Positions 51,098 to 59,566 of a stretch of DNA of 64,000 bases are shown piece by piece; position 1 is the first letter of the stretch; the number at the start of each line of letters is the position of its first letter. The notes under the pieces are model-generated. The model saw only the letters and a list, made by a program, of their open reading frames with translations, searched no databases and was not told where the DNA came from. A program made the position numbers and the translations under genes. Origin of the DNA: Fibrobacteria bacterium (lineage in GTDB: Bacteria; Fibrobacterota; Fibrobacteria; UBA11236); contig JAYTSD010000028.1 in the NCBI GenBank assembly GCA_043745805.1, positions 32,001 to 96,000 of the forward strand. The letters run 5' to 3'.

Positions 51098-53625
51098 GAT
51101 TGACTACGCTTTTGCCAAAGTTGATGTAATTTGACGGCACTGCTATCGCCTTTGTAAGTGTAATATTGCATTAATAAATTATGAGTTTCCGGTGAGGCTT
51201 TATTGAGTTTTAAACTTTTCGAAAGGGCGGCATAAGCTTTAGTATAAGCTTTGGTATTTAAAGCACAGTAACCTTGTAAGGTTAAAAAATCGGCTTCTTC
51301 AGAATAGCTGGGCGCATGGGCAAGATATACATTTACAGAATCCGGCTGTTGAAGTTTATAGGCGGACCATGCTAAGCGAAAAGATATATTTTCATTACCA
51401 AAGGGATATAATCCTAAAGCCGCTTTCCACAGGGTAGAGGCGTCCTCCCATTTGTTTTGTATGGATTTAAAAGTGGCGAGTGAATCCAGATAGCTTGGTT
51501 CATCGGGTTCTAATCGATGCAATTGAGAGAAAATTTGAATACTCGTATCCAGACGGGCTTCATTATTCATAGGTGCGGCTAATTTTAATGAGGAGTATTC
51601 ATTGAGTAACATGTAAATACCCATAGAACCGGATAATACTTTATCCATCCAATATTTTTCTTGGTTAGCATTTAAACCGATATTTTTCAACCAAGCAGGG
51701 AAAATTGTGGGGCGATAAAGATTTTCTTCACGACGTGCATCGAGAGCCATTCTTAAATAACGTTTTTGTAAATAGAAAATCCGGCTTTCAACATATTCGG
51801 AAGGCCATAAAAAACGTGATTTTGCATAAGCTGTGGCTGCGGCAGAATCATTTTCCTGTTCCTGATAAAGTAAGTCGCCTTGTTCAGCCCAAAAAGCACC
51901 TTGTGTTTCATTCGCTACAACAAATGTATTGCTTCCTAAAACTAATCCCACACCACCAATATCATGAATATGTTTTTGCAATTTTTCGCTATTGATAAAT
52001 TTTTGAATGCTGTATTTAAAGTCATAGTCATTTTTTTTTGTGGAGTCGGTGATTGATTTTGTTGTTTGCTGATAAAATAAATCAATATCCTCATTCTTAA
52101 ATAAACTGGATTTATTGCGTGCATTTTGATAGGCATAAAAATAAAAGCCATCACGTCCGGCATCATATCCAGAAATCACGGCCCAGCCTCCAGGCATAAA
52201 AATATAAGGCACTAAATGTTGCCTTAAAGCATTTTTGATTTTTAAGGTATCGATATAACAAACCACATGCGGAACATTTAATTGTTTTAGTACCGGTACA
52301 ATTTGCGGTGCGGAATGAATATCGGGTAATTGAATTTGAATAGTTTCTGATAAGGTCAGTAATTTCTTTTTGAGATCAATATCTGCTAGCTTGGGTTCCA
52401 AATAACTCACGGCGCTTAATAAGGCATACCAATCCGCTGTTAAATAAGTGGCAGGTTTTATAATGGGCAGTTCTAAGCTAACGGAGTTTTCATTTTGCTG
52501 GGTATGCTGTTGTTGTAAATGATTAAGCTGCCAAGTTATATTTCGCAGCAGCGGCGCATAATAAGTTTTTTTCTCAGCTATTTTTTGAGCTTGTTGTAAA
52601 TAGGTTTTGGCTTTTTCCTTAGCGCCGGTTTGATAAGCTAATTCAGCGAGTTGACCCCATAAATAGGGCGCGGTATAACTATTGGGGATTCTTTTTAATT
52701 CTGTATTACCGAGTAAGTGATAAACGGTATAGTGATGATTTTGATACTGATTTTCTCTTAATCCTGCTAGATAATAATTCCAATCTCCAGTGAGAAAAAG
52801 TAATTGCGAATAAAAAACCAGTGAGGGAAGGCTAAGAAAGCTGGAACGACGAATAAATACGGCGCTTGATCGAGAAGGCAATAAATAAAGCGAACCCATA
52901 AAAAAACCAAGAAATAAAATACCGTCACGCAGGAGCATTCGGAGTTTTTCTTCAACGGGGAAACTAAAAAATAAAGGATGCTTTTCTTGGGGAGCAATTA
53001 AATGCAATAGAAATTCATCGGATTTGCCCCAAATACCAATCCATAGGGACAAAACCATTAAGCCGGCATAGAAAAACAGTAATTGGCGTAGTCCAAAGCG
53101 AAGTTGAAAAAAACGTAAAGCTAAAGCAAATAATAAAACGGCTGGCGTAGCATAGGCCATCCAAATTAAACTACTAGTATAAACATCACTAGGTAAATGA
53201 ATGGAAAAGGCTTGGAGATCGCGAATATAATGCACTAATCCCACCAAATAAACCAATGGATAAATAGCGTAAGCGGCGGCTAAAAGTTGCGGTAGAAAAT
53301 GCTTATTGCCATCAGTGCTTTTTTCAAAAGGAATACACAGTTGTTGTGCCGAGGGATTATTAAAAAATATGCGGATACTAAAAACACAAAGCGCTATGTA
53401 CAGCAGCAGTACAACAAGCCAATGCACAGGCAAAAAAAACAAAATACTTTGTAATGTCATCCAAAAAATCAGTAACAAAAAGGGATTTTGCCATAAAGCC
53501 AGTGGAAGTTGTCTGCGGATTTTTTTTCCCGATAAAATAAACCAAGGGGCTAAAGGGCCAAATAAAAAGGCCAAGACCAAAAACCAAAGTTTACGAAAAA
53601 AGATTGGTGAAAAAGTGTTCGGCAT
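51094..53625 (-). CDS. Multi-TM membrane protein with TPR-like repeats and a degenerate C39-like domain (catalytic residues missing)
   Basis: Same architecture as 48755-51097. LVPYIFMPGGWAVISGYDAGRDGFYFYAY aligns with YPVLTFIPGHVLAIFGYDSLLQTFVTYDV but lacks His and Asp; no Cys at the equivalent helix. Confidence 0.6.
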   Translation of the reverse strand: MPNTFSPIFFRKLWFLVLAFLFGPLAPWFILSGKKIRRQLPLALWQNPFLLLIFWMTLQSILFFLPVHWLVVLLLYIALCVFSIRIFFNNPSAQQLCIPFEKSTDGNKHFLPQLLAAAYAIYPLVYLVGLVHYIRDLQAFSIHLPSDVYTSSLIWMAYATPAVLLFALALRFFQLRFGLRQLLFFYAGLMVLSLWIGIWGKSDEFLLHLIAPQEKHPLFFSFPVEEKLRMLLRDGILFLGFFMGSLYLLPSRSSAVFIRRSSFLSLPSLVFYSQLLFLTGDWNYYLAGLRENQYQNHHYTVYHLLGNTELKRIPNSYTAPYLWGQLAELAYQTGAKEKAKTYLQQAQKIAEKKTYYAPLLRNITWQLNHLQQQHTQQNENSVSLELPIIKPATYLTADWYALLSAVSYLEPKLADIDLKKKLLTLSETIQIQLPDIHSAPQIVPVLKQLNVPHVVCYIDTLKIKNALRQHLVPYIFMPGGWAVISGYDAGRDGFYFYAYQNARNKSSLFKNEDIDLFYQQTTKSITDSTKKNDYDFKYSIQKFINSEKLQKHIHDIGGVGLVLGSNTFVVANETQGAFWAEQGDLLYQEQENDSAAATAYAKSRFLWPSEYVESRIFYLQKRYLRMALDARREENLYRPTIFPAWLKNIGLNANQEKYWMDKVLSGSMGIYMLLNEYSSLKLAAPMNNEARLDTSIQIFSQLHRLEPDEPSYLDSLATFKSIQNKWEDASTLWKAALGLYPFGNENISFRLAWSAYKLQQPDSVNVYLAHAPSYSEEADFLTLQGYCALNTKAYTKAYAALSKSLKLNKASPETHNLLMQYYTYKGDSSAVKLHQLWQKRSQS

Positions 53626-53645
53626 AGCGGTCGTGTGCGACTTAA

Positions 53646-55508
53646 TTAAATGGATGGGTTTGAAGGTCTTTGTTGCAAATGAAAAATCAATCCCGAAATA
53701 TCGGCAGGAGTAACTCCTGAGATACGCTGGGCCAAACCAACCGTGGCAGGGCGTTTCACCGCTAATTTTTGCCTTGCTTCTGTGGATAAAGCATGGGCCT
53801 TAATATAATCAAAGCTGGGTGGTATTATTAAGGTCGATAATTTTTTGTTACGCTCAATTTCTTTTAATTGTCTTTCCCAAAAACCGCGATAGCGTTCCGA
53901 GGATTCTAATTCCAAATGTTCTTTCAAGGTTAAATCGGATTTGATTTCGAGAATTTCTAAAAGCTTAATTAAATCCACATTCGGTCTCTTCAAAAGTCCT
54001 AAACCGTCTACGGCTTCATGTAAGCGAGAGGAGCCAAGGGATTCGAGATAATCATTTAAGGGTTCGGATTGTGAGCGTGTATGTAAAAGTGTTTCACGCA
54101 TTTTTTCCATACGCGTACGCGAAGCTATAAATTTTTCCCAAGTACTTTCTTCAATAAGACCCAAGCGATGTCCGGTAGCAAGCAAACGTTCTTCGGCATT
54201 GTCTTGACGCAAATGTAAACGATACTCGGCACGCGAAGTAAACATCCGATAGGGTTCTTCCAGATCAAGTGAAATCAAATCGTCCGTCATCACTCCGATA
54301 TACGATTCCGCACGGGTTAACCATAAAGGTTCTTCCCCTTTAATTTTTAAAGCCGCATTGAGGCCCGCCAATAAGCCTTGCGCAGCCGCTTCTTCATAGC
54401 CTGAAGTGCCATTCACTTGTCCAGCGAAATACAAACCGGAAAAGTCTTTGCATTCATAAGTGGGTAACAGTTGGGTGGCGTCCACGGAATCGTATTCTAC
54501 GGCATAACCATAACGCAGCACTTGGCAATTTTGTAAGCCAGGAATGGTACGCAAGGCGGCATCTTGTATTTTGGCTGGTAGGCTAGAGGAAAAGCCATTT
54601 ACATAAATTCGATTATTATTCAGTCCCTCGGGTTCTAAAAATAAATGATGGGAATCTTTATCCGCAAAGCGGCCAATTTTATCTTCAATGGAAGGGCAAT
54701 AACGTGGGCCAATACCCTCTATCATCCCTGTAAACATAGGGCTTTCGTCAAAGCCGGTGCGTAAAATTTCATGCGTGTCTTTATTCGTATGCGTAATCCA
54801 ACAGGTGGCATGATTTTTAACTTGAAAGTCGGTGCGAAAAGAAAATGCCGTGGGAATTTCATCGCCATATTGAATTTCCGTTTGCGCATAATCAATGGAG
54901 GTTTTTTCTAAACGTGCGGGAGTGCCGGTTTTTAAACGGCGAGTTTTTATGCCTAAATCTTTTAAGGTTTGCGATAATTCATTAGAGGCCGCTTCGCCAA
55001 TGCGTCCGCCCACCGTAGATTTTAATCCAGTAAACATTTTAGCGCCTAAAAATGTGCCTGAAGTAATGATCAAGGCTTTGCAATAAATGGGTTCTGCACC
55101 GATATCTAACTTGTAGCGACCATCGCTTTGAATTTCAAAATGTTTTAATTCGCCGTCTACAAAGTTTAAATGGGGTAAGCGCTTGAGTAACGATTGCATG
55201 GTTTCGGCATAGAGTTCCATATCCATTTGCGCGCGAGGCCCCCAAACCGCTGGGCCTTTACTCAAATTAAGCATACGAAATTGAATGCCCGCTATATCTG
55301 CAGCGACGCCCATCAGTCCACCTAAGGCATCAATATCGCGCACCAATTGGCCTTTGGCCACTCCGCCAATAGCAGGGTTGCAAGACATGCGCCCGATAGC
55401 GCGGCTGTCCATGGATAAAAGTAGGGTAGATAAACCAGATAGGGCAGCGGCATTTGCGGCTTCAATACCGGCATGGCCACCGCCGACCACGACTATATCA
55501 GCTTGCAA
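53646..55508 (-). CDS. mnmG: tRNA uridine-5-carboxymethylaminomethyl(34) synthesis enzyme MnmG (GidA)
   Basis: VVGGGHAGIEAA, MSCNPAIGG, SKGPAV, RLKTGTP, GPRYCPSIEDK, AGQVNGTSGYEEAAAQG, EPYRMFTSRAEYRL. Confidence 0.97.
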   Translation of the reverse strand: MQADIVVVGGGHAGIEAANAAALSGLSTLLLSMDSRAIGRMSCNPAIGGVAKGQLVRDIDALGGLMGVAADIAGIQFRMLNLSKGPAVWGPRAQMDMELYAETMQSLLKRLPHLNFVDGELKHFEIQSDGRYKLDIGAEPIYCKALIITSGTFLGAKMFTGLKSTVGGRIGEAASNELSQTLKDLGIKTRRLKTGTPARLEKTSIDYAQTEIQYGDEIPTAFSFRTDFQVKNHATCWITHTNKDTHEILRTGFDESPMFTGMIEGIGPRYCPSIEDKIGRFADKDSHHLFLEPEGLNNNRIYVNGFSSSLPAKIQDAALRTIPGLQNCQVLRYGYAVEYDSVDATQLLPTYECKDFSGLYFAGQVNGTSGYEEAAAQGLLAGLNAALKIKGEEPLWLTRAESYIGVMTDDLISLDLEEPYRMFTSRAEYRLHLRQDNAEERLLATGHRLGLIEESTWEKFIASRTRMEKMRETLLHTRSQSEPLNDYLESLGSSRLHEAVDGLGLLKRPNVDLIKLLEILEIKSDLTLKEHLELESSERYRGFWERQLKEIERNKKLSTLIIPPSFDYIKAHALSTEARQKLAVKRPATVGLAQRISGVTPADISGLIFHLQQRPSNPSI

Positions 55509-55913
55509 AATCTATCCTTGGTTTAACAAAATGGTAAAGTATAAAAAAATCCCCATTTTATGAAACAGGGATTCTACAGAGATAATGGATTTACGTTGTT
55601 TGCGTGAGTTTTTATCGAGTTAAACGGACGCGTCCACCTAATAAATGCAGGGTTGGAGCGGCTTTTTCTTTAACTTTCTTGCCTTTTTCCAAAACCCCTG
55701 GAAGTATCCAAATTACAAATAGCATTGATAAAAAAAGTAGCAGGATTTGAATGGAAAAGCTGCTGTTTAGAATACCCATAAGAAGCTCCCTTGTTAGTAC
55801 CGTTATAAGTCGTTAATTCGATTCTATCACCTATGTATACGAATGTCTAGTGTAATAGACTATTCTTTTTAAAAGTTTATCCGCGATTTTTTGTACTTTT
55901 ATGCGCTCATCCC

Positions 55914-56678
55914 ATGGAAGGAATTATGTTGAAAAGCTTTTTTGCTCTTATAAGTATGCTTGGAATAGTTCAATTGGCTGTTGCTCAGGCCGTTATTTCA
56001 CCAGCCGCTAAAGATTCTCTCCCAGTTGTATCGTCTACACCATCTGATAGTGCGCAAACTAATTTAACAGGGGCGGACGCTGCAGCCAAGCAAATGGGCA
56101 GCACTAAACAACAGCCCTTAAAACTATTTAATGACCCTAAGTTAATTGCGCAAGAATATGTTTTTGGTGGCATGGGTTCATATGTGTTGGGTGGCTTAGG
56201 TTTTTTTATTGGGAAAGGTTTTGAATCCGTTTTTTATACTAATCCCAAAAAAGGAACCTTAGAATTTTCTGGTGTTCGCTATGATAATTTTCATGGCGCT
56301 TTTTATGGTGCAGCAACAGGTATGGCTTTGGGAACCGCAATGACAGTTTATTTTATCGGCCAAAGCGATGAAGAAGAAGGCGGCTTTTGGCTCACTACTT
56401 TAGGTTCCTTAGCGGGAACGGCTGCCGGTATGTTTTTGGCGACTCAACTTGATGTAAATAAAGATGTGCATTGGCTTCCTTTTTTACCTTTAGTGGCCTT
56501 ACCACCAGTAGGTGCGGTATTAGGATTTAATACTTCACGTTATTTCAGTGACAAAAAACGTAGAGCCATTACTGGGCATGCGCAAGCCCCTCATTTTGAG
56601 GCACCAACTTTAAGTTTAGCTTCAACCACAAATGGGAGTATGCTTTATACTCTTAATGTGCTAAACTTTAAATTTTAA
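55914..56678 (+). CDS. Hypothetical membrane protein with Gly-rich helices
   Basis: Signal peptide and several Gly-zipper-like hydrophobic segments. Confidence 0.65.
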   Translation: MEGIMLKSFFALISMLGIVQLAVAQAVISPAAKDSLPVVSSTPSDSAQTNLTGADAAAKQMGSTKQQPLKLFNDPKLIAQEYVFGGMGSYVLGGLGFFIGKGFESVFYTNPKKGTLEFSGVRYDNFHGAFYGAATGMALGTAMTVYFIGQSDEEEGGFWLTTLGSLAGTAAGMFLATQLDVNKDVHWLPFLPLVALPPVGAVLGFNTSRYFSDKKRRAITGHAQAPHFEAPTLSLASTTNGSMLYTLNVLNFKF

Positions 56679-56697
56679 AACCTGAATTTGGGGTATT

Positions 56698-58830
56698 ATG
56701 AATTTGTATAAAGCGGTAGCTTTAATCTTAAGTACTTTTTTTCTGTTCACCATTTCTTTGGCCGCCGCGGCAGCACCGACTAAAGAAGAATTATTGGATA
56801 AATTACTTTTAAAAAGTTTATCTACTTGGCATTATAGTCCACAAAAAATTGATGATGCCTTTTCTAAAAAGGCTTTTACCCTTTATTTAAAACGTTTAGA
56901 TCCACAAAAGCGTTTTTTGATTCAAGCGGATGTCGATAGTTTAAAAAAATTTGAAACTAGTTTCGATGATGATTTTCGCGAAGGCGATTTTAATGCGCAG
57001 GGCTTTGCACAAAAACGTTTGCGCATGCGCATTTTAGAAACACAGAGTTTTGTTCAGGAAATGCTGAAAACGCCTTTTCAATATAGCAAGCCCGATTCAT
57101 TACAATTAGATGCACAAAAAGAATCCTTTGCAGTAACTCAAGACGCGTTGAAATTACGTTGGGAAAAAATTCTCCGCTATCAAACTTTATTGCGTATTCG
57201 TGAAGTACAAGAAGATCAGAATAAGCAACAAAAATTAAAAACCGAAGCGCAAAAAAAAGAGAAGAGCAAAGATAAAGAAACAGTCACGGTTAAGCCAAAG
57301 TCTTTTGATCAATTAGAAGATGAGGCGCGTAAATTAGTGGGCCGTAATGTTAAAAGACTTTTTGATCGCATGCTTAGAGAAGAAAATTTAGAGCAAGCGG
57401 CATCCTATTTAAACACCTTGAGTAATGTTTATGATCCGCATACGGAATATTTTAAACCGGAAGCCAAAGAAGAATTTGAATTGAGTATGACGGGCACTTT
57501 GGAAGGCATTGGCGCGGTATTGCGCGAAGACGATGGCTATATCAAAGTGGTCAGTATTGTACCTGGCAGTGCCGCATGGAGACAAAAGGAATTAAAAGCG
57601 GAAGATAAAATTTTAAAAGTGGCGCAAGGGAGTGAAGAGCCTGTTGATGTGGTGGAGGCTAGTGTAAATGAAGCCGTAAAAATGATTCGTGGAAAAAAAG
57701 GGACTGAAGTACGTTTAAGTGTGCAAAAGCCTTCCGGTCAAATAACCATTATCCCTATTATTCGTGATATTGTTATCGTAGAAGATACCTATGCGAAAAG
57801 TGCCGTGATTGAATCCGAAAAAAATCATAAGCATTTTGGATATATTGATTTACCTGCTTTTTATCATGATTTCAATAATTCCAAAGGCCGTAATGCTACT
57901 GATGATATTCGTAAAGAATTAGTAAAACTTAAAGCGGAAAAAGTAGATGGCATTATTCTTGACCTGCGCAATAATGGTGGCGGGGCTTTGGAAGATGCAG
58001 TGAAAATGGCGGGCTTATTTATTCGCAGCGGGCCGATTGTACAAGTACGTGATCAAAAAGGCAATGGTCAAGTATTAAGTGATGTCGATACATCCATTAC
58101 TTTTGGTGGGCCTTTAGTGGTGATGGTTAATTCATTTAGTGCTTCGGCTTCGGAAATTGTGGCTGCTGCTTTGCAAGACTATGGTCGCGCTACAATTGTA
58201 GGTACAGACACTTCCTTTGGTAAAGGTACGGTGCAAAGCATGATGGACTTGGATAATTATGTGCCGCCTGCATTTGCCAGTATGCGCCCCTTAGGTTCAC
58301 TAAAACTAACCATTCAAAAATTTTACCGTATCAATGGTGGATCTACGCAGTATAAGGGAGTGGTTCCCGAAATTTTAATGCCCGATGCCTATAGTCACAT
58401 GGAGATCGGCGAACGTAATTTGGAATATGCTTTGCCTTGGGATACCGTTAGTGCATTGCGTTATGAAAAATGGAATAAAAAAATTGATCTCGCAGGGTTG
58501 AAATTAAAATATGATAGGCGCTTTAAAACTGATCCTACCTATGGATCCTTAAAAAACTTCTTGTCCCAAATTGAAAAGCAAAAAGCAAAAACCATTGTAA
58601 GCCTTAAGAAAGAAGACTTTCAAAAGGATCAATTGGAAATTACCAAGCAAAATGAAAAATTTGAAGAATGGTTGAAATCGAAAAAACCTTTAGCCGTAAA
58701 AAGTCTGGAAAAAAATAATGGTTTGACTTTGGGTGACTCGGTGGAAATCGAGAAGAATAAAAAATGGACTGAAGGTTTAGGCAAAGATCTTTATTTGCAT
58801 GAATCCGTGAATGTTATTGATGATATGTAA
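56698..58830 (+). CDS. prc: Carboxy-terminal processing (tail-specific) protease, S41A
   Basis: YDPHTEY, LEGIGAVL, PDZ, ILDLRNNGGG, SASASEIVAAALQDYGRA, FGKGTVQ, KFYRINGGSTQ. Confidence 0.92.
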   Translation: MNLYKAVALILSTFFLFTISLAAAAAPTKEELLDKLLLKSLSTWHYSPQKIDDAFSKKAFTLYLKRLDPQKRFLIQADVDSLKKFETSFDDDFREGDFNAQGFAQKRLRMRILETQSFVQEMLKTPFQYSKPDSLQLDAQKESFAVTQDALKLRWEKILRYQTLLRIREVQEDQNKQQKLKTEAQKKEKSKDKETVTVKPKSFDQLEDEARKLVGRNVKRLFDRMLREENLEQAASYLNTLSNVYDPHTEYFKPEAKEEFELSMTGTLEGIGAVLREDDGYIKVVSIVPGSAAWRQKELKAEDKILKVAQGSEEPVDVVEASVNEAVKMIRGKKGTEVRLSVQKPSGQITIIPIIRDIVIVEDTYAKSAVIESEKNHKHFGYIDLPAFYHDFNNSKGRNATDDIRKELVKLKAEKVDGIILDLRNNGGGALEDAVKMAGLFIRSGPIVQVRDQKGNGQVLSDVDTSITFGGPLVVMVNSFSASASEIVAAALQDYGRATIVGTDTSFGKGTVQSMMDLDNYVPPAFASMRPLGSLKLTIQKFYRINGGSTQYKGVVPEILMPDAYSHMEIGERNLEYALPWDTVSALRYEKWNKKIDLAGLKLKYDRRFKTDPTYGSLKNFLSQIEKQKAKTIVSLKKEDFQKDQLEITKQNEKFEEWLKSKKPLAVKSLEKNNGLTLGDSVEIEKNKKWTEGLGKDLYLHESVNVIDDM

Positions 58831-58833
58831 ATA

Positions 58834-58877
58834 TTGATATTGTAGGGGCACAAAATTTTGTGCCCCTACAATATCAA
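58834..58877. repeat. GTAG-type REP palindrome (copy 2), just downstream of prc
   Basis: Perfect 44-bp palindrome TTGATATTGTAGGGGCACAAAATTTTGTGCCCCTACAATATCAA. Confidence 0.85.
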
Positions 58878-58921
58878 ATGGCAAACAACATCCATACCCA
58901 TTGATAGTAAATACTTTATTT

Positions 58922-58939
58922 TGTACAATTAAACGTACA
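58922..58939. promoter_or_regulatory. Candidate Phd/YefM autoregulatory operator
   Basis: TGTACA (58922) and CGTACA (58934), 12 bp apart, just upstream of the antitoxin RBS. Confidence 0.55.
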
Positions 58940-58953
58940 CTTTGGAGGTAAAA

Positions 58954-59235
58954 ATGGCTCGTATCGAATTAGATAAAGATGTCCGCCCACTCTCAGAATT
59001 TCGAGCAAATGCTACTTCCTTTATTGATCAAGTGCATAAAACGAAGCGCCCTTTAGTTATCACTCAACATGGAAAAAGTGCAGCCGTGCTCTTGGACGTA
59101 ATTGAATATCAACTGTTAATGGAAAAAATTGAACTGTTGAATGATATTTATGTTGCCGAAAAAGACATTAAAACAAATAAAGTAATGTCGCATGCTAAAG
59201 CTTTGGAGGCAGTTAAAAAGCGAATTACTCGATGA
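58954..59235 (+). CDS. Phd/YefM-family antitoxin
   Basis: PLSEFRAN..V..TKRPLVITQHGKSAAVLL..EY. ATG at 58954 with GGAGG RBS. Confidence 0.9.
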   Translation: MARIELDKDVRPLSEFRANATSFIDQVHKTKRPLVITQHGKSAAVLLDVIEYQLLMEKIELLNDIYVAEKDIKTNKVMSHAKALEAVKKRITR

Positions 59236-59525
59236 AAATAGTTTGGACGCATTTTGCCATTCAAAGAGTGGGTGAAATTGCTGAATATATAGCGCTGGAC
59301 AATGTTTCAGCGGCGGAAAAATGGGTTGATAAGATTTTCAAAAGGGTAGAAGATTTAAGTTCTTTTGGAAAAAGTGATCGTAAAGTATCAGAGACAAACG
59401 ATCAAAAACTAAGGGAAATTATATTCGGAAACTACCGCATAATTTACCGAATTCAAAAAGAGACAATTTTTATTCTTACCGTTCGAAATTTCAAACAGAT
59501 GTTGCCTATAGAAGATTTGATATAG
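59232..59525 (+). CDS. RelE/ParE-family toxin
   Basis: MKIVWT..A..EIAEYIALDN..AA..W..LREIIFGNYRIIYRI. ATGA overlap with the antitoxin. Confidence 0.9.
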   Translation: MKIVWTHFAIQRVGEIAEYIALDNVSAAEKWVDKIFKRVEDLSSFGKSDRKVSETNDQKLREIIFGNYRIIYRIQKETIFILTVRNFKQMLPIEDLI

Positions 59526-59566
59526 AAATGGCATTTAATGCATGCTAAAGAATGCAAATTTTGAGG

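Noticed and set aside
55509-55913. Possible oriC upstream of mnmG
   Set aside because: No clear TTATNCACA DnaA-box cluster and no dnaA/parAB nearby.
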